This document shows positions 24,273 through 36,691 of a DNA stretch of 64,000 nucleotides, one piece after another. Made by a program: the position numbers and the translations under genes. Position 1 is the first letter of the stretch, and each line of letters starts with the position of its first letter. This DNA is from Podarcis tiliguerta (lineage: Eukaryota): NCBI GenBank assembly GCA_965153285.1, contig OZ229114.1, one strand, 5' to 3'. The notes beneath the pieces are model-generated. The model saw only the letters and a list, made by a program, of their open reading frames with translations. It did not search any database and was not told the origin of the DNA.

Positions 24273-25205
24273 GCCAAAAAGATTATGCTTTATTAGGAAG
24301 TCTAATCGCTTGTGAGGTCAGCTTTAGCGCCAAAACACCACACAGATACAGGATTGAATTTTTGTGCAGTTCCCTCTTTTGCAGCAGGCTGGGGCTGGCT
24401 GAAAAAATTGAGAAACAACAGGCACCCACTGCCTGCACTTCCTGAAAAAATTTGAATTAGTTTTCGTTCCCACTGAACACATAGGTCTCTGCCCCGAGTG
24501 TCTGGTTTGTATGTATTTTTTTTATTTAAAAAATCATTCATTTTCTGTGCTGTTTTTACTTTTATTATATTTTGTACATCTCCTTGAGACATATACGAAG
24601 GAGGAGGAGGAGAAAGCAGCTTAAGCTTAATGATCTGCCTTGTCCCTGGCACTAACTGGCCATAGGCATCACCTCAAACATTTCTGCTCCTACAGCTACT
24701 TGTTTCTCCAAGTGAGAAAAGTCGCTGGTAGCCAGCCATCTTAAATGTATACAATACCTAAGGAATACCCCCTGCACAGGCAGGAATATGGCACAAAAGA
24801 ACCGCAGTCTGTGACTCACCCTCTGCCATGCAGAGCAAACCTTGTCAGATGGAGTCTCTTGGAACGAGTGAATTCTGGGCCTTGTTGAAGTCATTTTGGG
24901 GCACGGACGTCTGCACACCTAGGATTTTAAGCAAAACATACATCTCGTAAGAATGTCAAGCCCATTTTTAATGTGACATTTCCCACAATTCTTCTATTTA
25001 TAAACTTCTGTTCCCTGTCATACATTTCCTCATTACAAGGCCTTTGATGTTTCAAAATCGAAGAGCGAGTTTTTATTGTTTCGCTACAGTTTCCTGTCTC
25101 TGTCTTTTGGTATATTTGGATTTTGTTGACCTAGCACTTCAGTTTATTTCACATTTCTATGGTGGAGGGAGAAAAAAATATCACCTTGACTTTCTTCACC
25201 TCCAG

Positions 25206-25441
25206 ATGCCTTTAACACGCCTAAGAAGGAAACCTCTCTGGAATTAACAGACAAAACATCAACTGAATACCAAACAAACATCCAAACTGGGAGCAATTTC
25301 CATGTAATTGGCTCCATAAGTGACCTCAGCAAGATATCTACACAAAGCCTGCTGTCAAAATCACATGTAATGGAAAATGAGATTTTAAAACTCACAAGAG
25401 GGCAAGACAAAGTGAAGGATAAAAGAAACAGTGTCCGATAG
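25206..25441 (+). other. Candidate terminal coding exon of an unidentified gene
   Basis: Pyrimidine-rich acceptor ctttcttcacctccag, then 77 open codons to TAG (DAFNTPKKETSLELTDK...KDKRNSVR*). TGTA plus AATAAA at 25483-25493 and a second AATAAA at 25555. No homology recognised. Confidence 0.3.
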
Positions 25442-25593
25442 AAGTTAGAAGGGAGACGCTTGTTTTTGTGCTACAGTGGTCTTGTACAATAAAAGGTTCG
25501 CTACCTCACGATTCCTTCACATTTGGACTTTCCATTACGTTGTGAATCCATCAGAATAAAAAGATTTAATAAGCAGCTTCAGACCTGACAGGG

Positions 25594-25971
25594 TGTAACC
25601 TAGAGTTGTACTGCTATTGTACTGCTATTTCAACCACAGGTGGCGCTGCGTTCAATTGAGGTGGGCCAAAATGGCTGCTTAACTGAGGGACTGCCTTATT
25701 GTAAAAGAACAGTCTAGAACAACAGCACCAATTGAACACAGTGCAGCAGCCAAAGAGAAGGAGCCACTAAAAGAAGAAAGGCCCGTGGGAGAAAGAGAGG
25801 AAACCGCAGGAACAGCAAGAACAAGAGCAGCAGCAACAGAAAGCTGCTTCAGAGCAAACAACTTGACTCCTGAGGGGACATACCTGTTGCAGTATGAAGC
25901 TCCCTGGTGTAAATACAGGGAACCTTACTTTCTAACCTTGCTAGGTCATCTGTGCAGAATCTCCTGTTACA
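25594..25971. mobile_element. Possible solo LTR
   Basis: Starts TGTAAC and ends GTTACA (TG..CA termini with a 6-bp inverted repeat), ~380 bp long with a purine-rich centre. No clear TSD. Confidence 0.35.
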
Positions 25972-28009
25972 CTTGCTGGCATAGAAACGGTGATTTGGCC
26001 AGAAATGTTCACATGTGGACTTTGAATTAAATGTCATAAATGTAGGAGTGTTTTGTTGTTGTTGTTTTAAAAAAAGCAACCTCTCCAAAATATGTTGGGC
26101 TGGTTTTGCTTGCCTTTCAGAACCACAAATAAACTATGAAAGAAAAACTGTTGCCCCTGGCCAGAGATACTGTGGTCAGAAGTGGAGCATCATGATGCCA
26201 CACTATGCAAGGGTGGAATTGCCACCACATATGGAATGTACTACTCTTCTGTCTGCTATATTTGTTTTAAATTTCCACTGAGGTTCTTGGCCACTGCAGG
26301 AGAAGCTAGTGGCATTTCACAAGTCATCTGTTCCTCATACTACCAGTACACCATTATCACATAACTTCTCACCTCATTGTTCACTGCAGGGAAATCTGAG
26401 CATGTTTTTGAAGGCTTGGGGCGCGGGGCAAAATGCCCTCAGGGATCCCCTTAATATAGCAGGTTGTGTGAGAGAACTGAGGTGAGGCCTGCATCTACCT
26501 CTCCCATGGCACCAACTTAGAGGAGGCTGCTGCAAGTGTCTTTTCCATTTTGCTCTGTATTGCAGTTCTGTAAAAAATACCATAATAAATAGCTAACAGT
26601 TTGTGGGCTTTTTGTGGCAATGAAAATCTTTTGCCTGAGGCAGCTGCCTCACTACTTTGCCTATTGGTAGGGCCAATCTTGCACCCTTCAAATACCAGCA
26701 GCACCCTCCCCTCCCAGGCTCTCATCTGTTCAGAAAGAGCTGTGACCTGCTGGCCTGGTCACCCAGGATCACCTAACCTCCCTCAAGTCATTGGCTTCCT
26801 TTTTAGAAGGGAGATGGGTGGTGGGTGAGCAAGCAGGTGGTGAAGAAAGGTGGAGGGAGTTGCAGAAAGAAGTTGCATTTCTGTTAGTAGCGGTCCCCCT
26901 ATTAAGGCACAGGGGAATCTAGAAGATCTCTGACCATTGCAGTGATTGAAGCAGGGTCTGGGTTTTGAACCCCCTGTCCCTTAACCTTGACTTAAAGAAA
27001 CCAATTTTTCATAAAAGCTAAAGTTGAGGGGCCATGTGTCATTGTCACTTCTGCTCTCAATTTTCCTGGCATATGACACAAATCCTTTACAGAGAATTAT
27101 TGTGTTGACAACCTGTTGAAGGAGTAGATCTCTGAGATTTTGAAGAGGTGAAGCCTTACACAGATGTTTTTATTGTTGCAGTTCCTTCCTTTGGACAAGG
27201 CTACAATCAAGGCTTGTACAGTACGTGTAAAAACTGTGAGTCCTCAGCATTTGTGAATTACCTAAAATGGTGAACTTAAAAAAAAAAAATGTACTCCTCT
27301 GGGGGAAGAAGGTTATATGAAAAGGGCACAACAAGGACACAACATATACCGACAGCTTTCTTGTAAAGAGATTCCACTTTAGTATGTACATGTGGAAGAT
27401 AGATAAGGTTGATGAGAAGAACAATGCTGACAAACAGGGGTCTGGAGGATATGCCCCGGAAAACTGCTTTGCTGTATTTAAAATATACATCCCAGCTACA
27501 ATATGAAAAAGTGGATCTGTTTCAGGGGTTACTGGATTGAAGAGAAAACCTGATGGACTGCAAAAAGCACAAAAGCATGTTGAAGAATTAAGAGGGAAGT
27601 ATAGTGTGTTTATATTTGATTTCCAAAAATGTTATAACTGGAGCTGCACTGAATATTTGCCAGTATCGATTTTAAAGGCAAGAATAGCTGTTCCAGTGAA
27701 CTGTAAATATCACTTGATAAATTTATTAATTTTTAAAGTTTTGAAACAGCAATACTATGGTTTCATTTTCTTTCTCGATTCTGAAGTAGTCACATGAGAA
27801 TAACTGTCAGGAATCACAGCATGACATCACAACACTATGCAGCCAATCATGTCTGGCTATGTGATTTTATCACTGAGGGCAAGTGAGGTAAATTTAAATG
27901 GATAAGGGAACATTTTAGCAGATAATATATATATTTTTATGGCTGAAAAAGAATCCATTTTTTGTTATGCAAAATGGTCCTGGTTAATTTGGGGCAACCC
28001 AACCTGGGG

Positions 28010-28770
28010 CAGTACAGGGCTCTCTTGACCCAACTTGGTCAAAGCTGAGATCGGCTTGAATTGGCCAAATTTGGTTTGGAACTGGGATTTTGGCCAAATC
28101 TGATGCATAGTCTCATTATATTCCTGCCAAATGATGGTTAAAATCAGTGCTGTTATGAAGGGTTCAGCCTGCCATATTGATTCAAAATGGCATCTGATGG
28201 TATTCGAACGTAGGCTCAAATTTACTCTATGATCTCAGGAACCATCATGCCACATTGGGGAACGATATCATCTTCAAAGGTGTTCAAATCATTGCAGGTG
28301 GCTCAGTTCACCATCTTGAGTCAAAACGAAGTCTGATAGTGTCCCAGCCTAGACCAAAATCTACTACTTGGGAACTGCCATGCCAATTTGAGCAATGATA
28401 TCTTAAGTGGTGCAGTTTGGAATAATTTGGCCCACCACCTTGATTCAAAATGGTGTCTGATGGTGGACTTACAGAGGAGGAACATGGCAGACTGAACATC
28501 TTCTGTTGGCAGCTCGCCGATGGCGATAATTGCATGATGCTTAATGATAGCCAAACCATAAATCTTGGCTATTAAATTCACTCTGGTAAAATAGAGTGCA
28601 CAAGGGATTAACCCACTCAGGAACCATCATGCCAAGCTGGGTGACAGTATCTTCAGCGTTGTCTAAATCAGTTTAGAACATTTCTGTCGGACATCTTGAA
28701 TCAAAATGGCACCTAGCGTCCAAACATAGATGAAAACTCCTTATTGGGTGAAGATTGGCCATAGCCAAAC
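28010..28770. repeat. Diverged ~130-bp internal repeat array, possibly a Helitron/Helentron-derived element
   Basis: The blocks (a)ggaac(cat)catgccaa, gatatctt and cat(c/a)ttga(t/a/g)tcaaaatgg recur in four units starting near 28120, 28237, 28370 and 28620. Confidence 0.6.
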
Positions 28771-29877
28771 CCCTGATTTAAATGAACAGAGCTCCACTTA
28801 TGCAGAAGCTCCAAGGATGTAAAGAGGCATGCATGTGGCTCTGGATTAAGTTATTTTATTTCATATAATTAAATTATTAAGACACAAATATTAAATAATC
28901 CAAAAGATTTGGAGCTTTATATTACTATCTCCAAGGCTATTTATATGTTACCAAATGAGGCAAGTAAAAACCAAGTTGATGAAAAACTTGTAGTTGAAAG
29001 ACTTTAAAGATTCTATCGTTTTTTTCAGTGCTATTTTTGAATAAGAGGTGAGAATAAGATAACTAGTTTCTGAAAATACAAGAAATCTTCATTTTATCAA
29101 AGCATCCCTCTACTCAATAAGACTCTGCTCAGAAGATGGGACAATCTGTTTAAGTAATACACATCTGTAGTTTGCTATAAAAAAGACTGCTAGAGAATGA
29201 ATAAATTCACCAGGGATATATATGATGGAGAACACAAAATATATATTTTACAACCAACTAAATTCTACTTGGGTCTCAGTTTACCCAGGAGAATTGAACA
29301 GCCGTATGATTATAGAATTTTAAAAGAGGCAAGCATAAAAAGTTCAAACCTATCTCCCGTACATCCTATAAAAGTTAGGAAATTCATGGCCCCTTTAGTA
29401 GCTACAGAGCCAAAACCACCGTAATCCTCAGTTTGAGTCTGAATTGTTTTCAATTTGTAATCTGAATGAAAGAAGAGGTTCTTAATTCCAGATGCCACAT
29501 TTTTGGCTATACATAAGCTGAGGTTTCTTAGAGCAAGGGTTATATCATGATAAGTATTTTTGATTCTTTGCAGGATTCCCTGGGAACTTACTGAAGTGCT
29601 GGATATAAATCCATGAAATAAATCCATGAATATGTACATACATGCATACAGGGACAGAGCTTTGTTCTTTCATTTTCCCAGCAGTCATCTGCCCCTTTTC
29701 TAACATTATTTATTTCATTTGTGTCCCAAGTCCAATTCAGAGTAAACCCATAAATTCACAAGCAGATTCTAGTTATTTCCAGAATTTGGTAGATCTCGTG
29801 TAAGAACTTTCAAGAACAACACCAACTTGGAAACTGTTAACTAGAAGCAGGAGAGGCTATAAGCAGCAAGGCAGGGG

Positions 29878-30157
29878 ACAGCCCATCAGATATTTGAAGA
29901 TGGTCTCCTCTTCTCCAGGCTAAACATACCCAATGCCCTCAACCATTCCTCATAAGGCTTGGTTTCCAGACCCCTGGTCATCTTAGCCACCCTCCTGTAC
30001 ACATGTTCCAACTTGTCATAACTCTCCTTAAATTGTGGCACCCAGTACTCAAGGTGTGGTCTGACCAAGGCAGAACAGAGCACTACTATTACCTCCCCTG
30101 ATCGGGATACTATACTTACGTTGATGCAGCCTAGAATAGCATTAGCCTTTTTTGCTT
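29878..30157 (-). mobile_element. CR1 LINE ORF2 C-terminal fragment
   Basis: ORF 29886..30203 gives AKKANAILGCINVSIVSRSGEVIVVLCSALVRPHLEY...KMTRGLETKPYEEWLRALGMFSLEKRR, the canonical CR1 C-terminus. Confidence 0.93.
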
Positions 30158-32495
30158 CCTGTGTACCCTGAGTGATGCAGATTCTCTTAATGGGCAGCCT
30201 CAAATAACCTTATCCTTCCTCTTCACCCAGGGTCTTAATGCACGTTTCATGTGCTCATGGCCAGCACCAGCAAGCACCATTCTTGGGCATATGCTGAGGT
30301 CCCCACAAGCTCCACTCCCACTGCTAACACTAGCCTAGTTTGGGCATACTTTTCCTTCCTGGTGCTGACAGGAGCATAATTACAGCGTTGCATTGTGGGG
30401 GATTTAATGGCTGTGCCAACAAGTTTAGCCACATAAGCCCAGTGCTCCGGTGCTACAGCTGGCCTCTTGCTGCAATTTACCACCTGACAAGTCTGCTGTG
30501 GGGTGGGGAGTGACCTACTGAGGGCACTTTGCCTCAGATCTGGAATATTCTTTGCTCTTGTTCTGCACACATGTTTCAAGTACTGAACAAAGTAGTATCT
30601 GCAGTGCATGCCAGGATGTACGTCTTTAACCTCAGGAAACTAAGTATTCATTATACCAGTGGAGCAATATATGAACAGATATCCCTAGCTATGTTTCCTA
30701 CTGAGTTAATATTTCTGTGCTATTGACCATGCCCCAAGAAAAGACTAGAAAAGAACAGTTCAAGAAACCGAGCTTTCTAAATGGCCTGCAGTTGGCTCCT
30801 TCTCCCAAATATTTGGGAGAAAAGACTATAAACTCCTGCTATTTGCACTGCATCCTAAAACTGAGTATCAGCCAACAAAAACTGGCACAAGTTCATGGAT
30901 GTCACACAGGAGGCACTGGGAACATGAACTGGTGTGAAAGCCTGAAGGAGCAAAAGGGAATGCAAATGTAGTAGCCAGAGAGACAGATTTACAAGAGGGA
31001 TACAAGAGATCTTGGTAAATGTGCTCAAGAGTCTAAGTCAGGCTGGTGTTTGACATGACTTAGACAGAAGGGAGGGAACTAAGTGAGAGGAGAAGGAAAG
31101 TTTGAGAAAAGAACCAAACAGGGACAGAAACAGTGTGTTGAATGCATATACAGCTCCATAGATTATTGGATGAAACAGATAATCTAGCCCCATTTCAATC
31201 TGGCTTCAAGCCTGGGCTGCTGGGTGGCAGGGAAGGGTAGAGAGAGGAGCAGAGGAAGCATGCCACTGCTGCTGATTTTCAGTTATTACTTCTTCTTTTT
31301 AAGAAAGGATATTCACTTCAATAACATACAAGAATAAAGGAAGAAATAAAGACAATACAACTGAATTAAAATTAAACATACACATAAATGCAAAATGCAA
31401 ATTAGGGTTGTTTAATCGACAATCCTTTAAAAGAATTATTGTTGTTGTTATTGGGAGTGAAGGTAGTAACATTCCTCCCTAAATTTTAATTACCATATGT
31501 TATTTTATTGCATATAACAATACAAATGTTTGAGATACAGAAGACAAGCAATTATTGATTCCAGTTTCTTACCCGCCCTTCCCCTTAAAGCCCCAGAGTG
31601 GGTTATAACAATTGAAGCAAACCTGAATGTTAAAATGCAGTAACGTGCAATGTTAAAAACCCGTTTAAAGCATCTCTGCACACCCTACACTGTCACCTCT
31701 GAATGAACTCAGAAACTCTTTGCTGTTGTCTGGGGCCCAAGTCCAGACCATAGAAGAGAAAGGCAAACAGAAGTGTATGAGGTCGGATGCGAAGGAACTA
31801 AGTGGAAACTTGGACAAATACTGGAAATGGTTGTAGTGACTGAGGTAAAATAAAGTGAGGACATGGGAAGGAAGAAAGCCAGCAGGAAACCAGGTCTAGG
31901 TGCGGTGAGGTACAATAAACAGAAAACACCAGTCCATAGAGTACTCTATGGGGGACTGTTTCAGGCATACAGCTTGCAACTTTCATAAAATATTGCTTTT
32001 CTTACTGTAACACCTCAACCTTCTTCTTTCCCCCCCAGCTATAGTGAAGAGAATGGTTGCAGGGGTGAAAGCCTCCTTCATCTGTCACTGCTTCTTGGGG
32101 ACCCCATGAAGTTAGTTCAATTTACACCTTTTACCACTGCAGCAGAGTGTTTCATTGACTTGCAGAAGCTCTGTCCCAGAGGCAATAAAAACCTAAATTG
32201 CTGCAGAAACCAGGCTGTGAAATAGCCCTGCTGGAACTCCAAGGAGCTTCATTAGTGTGATGGCTGCTATGGGAAGTCTGTGCATGCTGACAAGCAAAGC
32301 GTCCCAAAGGCCTGATATTTAGCTATTGCCTTTGGCTAGGGAACAACACCATTTATGGTGGTGATCTGTGATTTCCCCAAGATAGATGGCAAAAATCGCA
32401 AGGCTTCCTAACTGTCAAAATATATTCCTGAGGTTTAGGAGTAGGCTTGTCCAAAATTTCTCCAAGGAAAATAGGGATGTCCTATTCCATAATGA

Positions 32496-32846
32496 GGGAC
32501 GTGGGTGGCGCTGTGGGTTAAACCACAGAGCCTAGGACTTGCTGATCAGAGGGTCGGCGGTTCAAATCCCCCACGACGAGGTGAGCTCCCGTTGCTTGGT
32601 CCCTGCTCCTGCCAACCTAGCAGTTCGAAAGCACGTCAAAGTGCAAGTAGATAAATAGGTACTGCTCTGGCAGGAAGGTAAACGGCGTTTCTGTGCGCTG
32701 CTCTGGTTTGCCAGAAGCAGCTTTGTCATGCTGGGCACATGACCCGGAAGCTGTACGCCGGCTCCCTCGACCAATAAAGCGAGATGAGCGCCACAACCCC
32801 AGTCGGTTATGACCGGACCTAATGGTCAGGGGTCCCTTTACCTTTT
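32496..32846 (+). mobile_element. Full-length Sauria SINE (Squam1, lacertid type)
   Basis: gggacgtgggtggcgctgtgggttaaacc head, ggttcaaatcc B box, and ccctttaccttt tail. Perfect 12-bp TSD TATTCCATAATG at 32483-32494 and 32847-32858. Confidence 0.96.
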
Positions 32847-33018
32847 TATTCCATAATGGTGATGGTGATAATTTTACTATTTATACCCCGCCCATCTGAC
32901 TGGGTTGCCCCAGCCACTTTGGGCTGCTTCCAACATATATAAAAACATTAGAAAACATTAAACATTAAAAAATCCCCATACAGCTCTGCTTTCAGATGGC
33001 TTGGGGGTTGGATAACTC

Positions 33019-33149
33019 CATACCCTCTAAGATTTCTCCGATGAAAATAGAAACATCCTAAGGAGACATTCTGGGATCAAATCAGAAACCAGGTTGGCTT
33101 CTGTAAATCCAAGACTGTCCCTGGAAAATAGCGACACTTGTTGAGTCTG
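33019..33149. mobile_element. Short MITE, possibly part of a composite repeat spanning 32445-33149
   Basis: Imperfect TIRs cataccctctaag and cttgttgagtctg. Its left end (atttctcc..gaaaatag....tcc) is also present at ~32456-32482. Confidence 0.55.
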
Positions 33150-34439
33150 GATTAAGCATGAAAGTGTAGCTATATCAAGCCAGACACAAACTCATAATAA
33201 TATCTGCAACAGAAATAGTTATCCTTGTCTAGGTAAGAATATGGAGGAATCAAAATCTGAATGCGATATATTCCGAAAGAACTGGGGAAGGGAAGGGAAA
33301 TGGATTGCTTTTCAACATAATAATCCCAGAGCTAGGCATTAAATGCACACAAATATCCTCTTTGGTTTCATCCCAAATCCCTTCGACCTCCTGCACTGAA
33401 CCTGAAGCCCAGACCCAGAAGAAGAACAGTGTACTTGGGTCAAGTAGTACAAAAAGCCCAAAGCTTTTGGAGCCTCTTGGCGCAAGTAGTCATTCTGGCA
33501 GCTCAGGGTTTCTTGGCACAAAATGTACTTCTTTCTTTCTTTTCCCCGTCTCTTTCTTGGCCTAGTGCTTCTGTCCAGCTTTCCTAATTTTCTGACATCT
33601 TGAAAATGTCAGTCAGTTGCTTTCAGTTTATAACATATTTCAAAGCCTAGTTACTCAGCCGTGCAACAACAGAGATGCTTAGCTTTCAAAGCTGAAGATA
33701 GAGATTTGTACATGTGCTGAATGGTCTTTATTTCCTAGACACGTCTGCACTTTCTCTTGCCTCAGACTTGCCTCTTGCTTAAAACTCCATTACTTTGCCT
33801 TTCTTTGCCTGCCAGAGGGGACTTTCGCTAGGTAATTCCTAGCAAAGTGTGCTACTAATCAATGGACAGATTCCAAAGACACATTCAAGCACAACCCTGT
33901 ACATGCATGAGACACAGTTCTCCCTTTCTCCAAACATATTCAGTGAACATACATATTAATGAGTACTATGTGCATATTTAAAAGCCATCTCCAATTTCCC
34001 ATCACACTCTGTGATGGACAACACTGCACATGTACACACACCCTTCAGTTTACATGTCACCAAAGTTCTTTGTTACTTTCAGAAAACAGGAATGCAAATT
34101 GAATTGCATTCCAGCTTGGAATGTAAAGCAACGCACTGAGTGTTGGTTATTTGTTCAGCTGACAAGTTACTGAAAGATTTGAGGTTGGATTATTATATTC
34201 ACCATTATGTTATTTATATAACACATTTTCTACAAATTTGTCCTCAGAGTGGTTTACAGCAGAATAACAGGCCAAAGAAATACTATAATAACCATGCTAC
34301 ATGATTAAAATCATAAAACTATTTGCAGTGCTAAATTAACATTCTACTAATTAATCATTATTGTTGATCAATCATTAACAAGTCATATAAAATGCAGCTA
34401 GAATATTAAACATAAAGCACACAAACAGGTCAAGTAATA

Positions 34440-34685
34440 CAGTGGTACCTTGGTTTATGAACTTAATCTGTTCCAGAAGTCCGTTCTTAGCGTTCTTTAA
34501 ACCAAGGTGTGCTTTCCCATAGCAGTGGGGGACTCAATTTACAAATTGAACACACTCAGCAGAAACCTGAACATGTTCTGCTTCCAAGGCAAAGTTCATA
34601 AACCAAAACACCTACTTCTGGGTTTGCAGCGTTCTTAATCCAAGTTGTTCATAAACTAAGCTGTTCTTAAACCAAGGTACCACTG
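34440..34685. mobile_element. Tc1/mariner-pogo (Tigger-like) MITE, second subfamily
   Basis: Perfect TIRs cagtggtaccttggttta and taaaccaaggtaccactg with TA flanks. Confidence 0.9.
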
Positions 34686-35151
34686 TATCCCCAAACAGCC
34701 AAAAAGCTAATGACAGTAATCACTGCAACTAGCAGCTGTATGTGTGTAAGCTTTTAAATATTAATTTCTTTACTCCCAGTGATAGTCATAGGGATGTCCC
34801 GGGTGTTCAGATACCCTGCTAGAATACTTGTGAGCAAGATTCAGGTAAGCAAAGCCCTAGCCTCCTAAATCTTATGAACAACAGCCCCAAGGTGCTGAAA
34901 CTTACTTTGACCAATAGGAAGGAGGAGGCAGCTGCAGGTGCTCTGCAGGGCTGGTTTTTTGTTTTTTGTTGTTGTTTAAAACAGGATACGAATGGGATTA
35001 CCAGACCCAGACTCAATATTGGAAAACCGGCACTCCTCCGTGCATCCCAGGAGAAGATCATTTAGCTTTTTAATCTTGAGGATTGGCTTCACAATCTGAG
35101 CATGTCTAGCATTGCTAACTGTGTGTATTTAACTAAAATCTAAACTCTAGA

Positions 35152-35290
35152 TCAAGGAAGGGGAGCCTGTAGCATTCCAAATGTGGAACTACAACTTCCA
35201 TCATTTCTGACCATTGACCATGCTGGCTGGGGATGATGGGAACTGTAGTCCAAAAAATATTGAGGGCACCAATCTTGGTGAAGGCTGCTT
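35152..35290. mobile_element. Degenerate hAT MITE related to 6226-6361
   Basis: Carries the core ggaactacaacttccatcat...gatgatgggaactgtagtcc. Confidence 0.7.
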
Positions 35291-36091
35291 TATTCTTTTT
35301 CCAGAATTTTCAAACAAATGCTCCCCATGTTGCAACTTAGGAAGTTTCCAAGTGTCTTCTACCCCATCTCTGACACCCAGACCAACTCACTTTCAAATTA
35401 TGCCTTCTGGCAAAGCTGGGCTGAATTTCATGGAAGGCTGGGCTGAGTTTCAAATGAAGCTGAGCCAATTTATAATTTATATTTCAGTTTATTGTTTGGA
35501 GGGTTGAAATCATGAGCAGCTTCAAGCCTTCGCTCAGGGCAGCTTCAACCTGAAACCAGGCAAAACCCAGACATTTTGGCTGAGTTTCCTGATCAGGATT
35601 TGTTTGAAATTCAAAAAGCATTGAAACTTTGGTATGGGGTGGGGGGAGTCCTTCAGAACTGAAAGCTATAAAAGGTTTTGCAAGGCTTTCTCAGTTAATC
35701 CATACCTCTGTGTTTCATGTTGCTAGTTATATTATAGATTATATATCCTCATATAAAACTGTGGTTCAGATTCATATGGGAAGTAGTTGGGGCAAGAAAT
35801 TCATTTGTTTGCATTATCAAGCATAAATCCAGGTATCCTTGATCCCCCTTTCTTACAAGTGGAATAGCCACAAATGAGGATGGGATTTCAGCAAAGGAGA
35901 ACATCATTGCTCAGTTTCATAATTGTATTAGGAGGGTGGAAAATTGTTTCCTACAGGTCTAATTGGTTGGAAATTCTTTCTCCTGCAGGAAATGAAAAAG
36001 TTCATTGTTCTTGAGATTGGTGTATATATCCTATTAGACTTGCTCTTTTTACCTCAGCTACCTCTGGCATTGAGGAAACTGAAACCCATAC

Positions 36092-36325
36092 CATAAGAAC
36101 ATAAGAAGAATCTGCTGGATCAAGCCAGTAACCCATATTATCTAGCAACCTTCTTCTGACAGTGACCAACCAGATGCCTGTAGGAAACCCACAAACAGGA
36201 CCCAAGCACAATAGCTACTGTGGCTTCCAGCAACTAATATTCAGAAGCATTACCTCCTCCAACTGTGGAGGGAGAGCCCCACCATCATGGCTAGTAGTCA
36301 TTGATAGCCCAATTCTCCACGAAAT
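36092..36325 (-). mobile_element. CR1 3'-end fragment
   Basis: cataagaacataagaa octamer tail followed by ctgctggatca...tctagc and ccaaccagatgcct. Confidence 0.75.
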
Positions 36326-36595
36326 TGTGGGAGTGAGTGCCATAGCTTAACAATCCGCTATCTGCTTGTGCCACATTATGATTTGATATGACCACAGGTA
36401 GCATTCTTTTGTTATAAGCAGAAATATATGTTTAGGTGTGCAAGGTCATGTCTCAATGCATGGAAATAAGCAAATTCTCTTTCAGATAGTATTACTTAAT
36501 TCAATATTCTTTAATGCTATAAAACCTATACTGCATGTTTTGCCCCCTAATCGGTCATGTCAAATGGGGAAAGTCTACTAGATGGCAATAGCCAT

Positions 36596-36652
36596 GTTAA
36601 AACCAGTTTAATAATATTATACTGGTTAAAACCAGTTTAATAATATTATACT
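36596..36652 (+). repeat. Perfect tandem duplication (28-bp unit, 29-bp period)
   Basis: gttaaaaccagtttaataatattatact occurs twice, separated by one G. Confidence 0.95.
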
Positions 36653-36691
36653 TCAGAACAGCCGCCTTACTAATGATTTCATGTTCCTTTT

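Noticed and set aside
29310-29639. GGFGS in a minus-strand ORF, resembling dUTPase motif 5
   Set aside because: None of the other four dUTPase motifs is present, so a 5-residue chance match is the simpler explanation.
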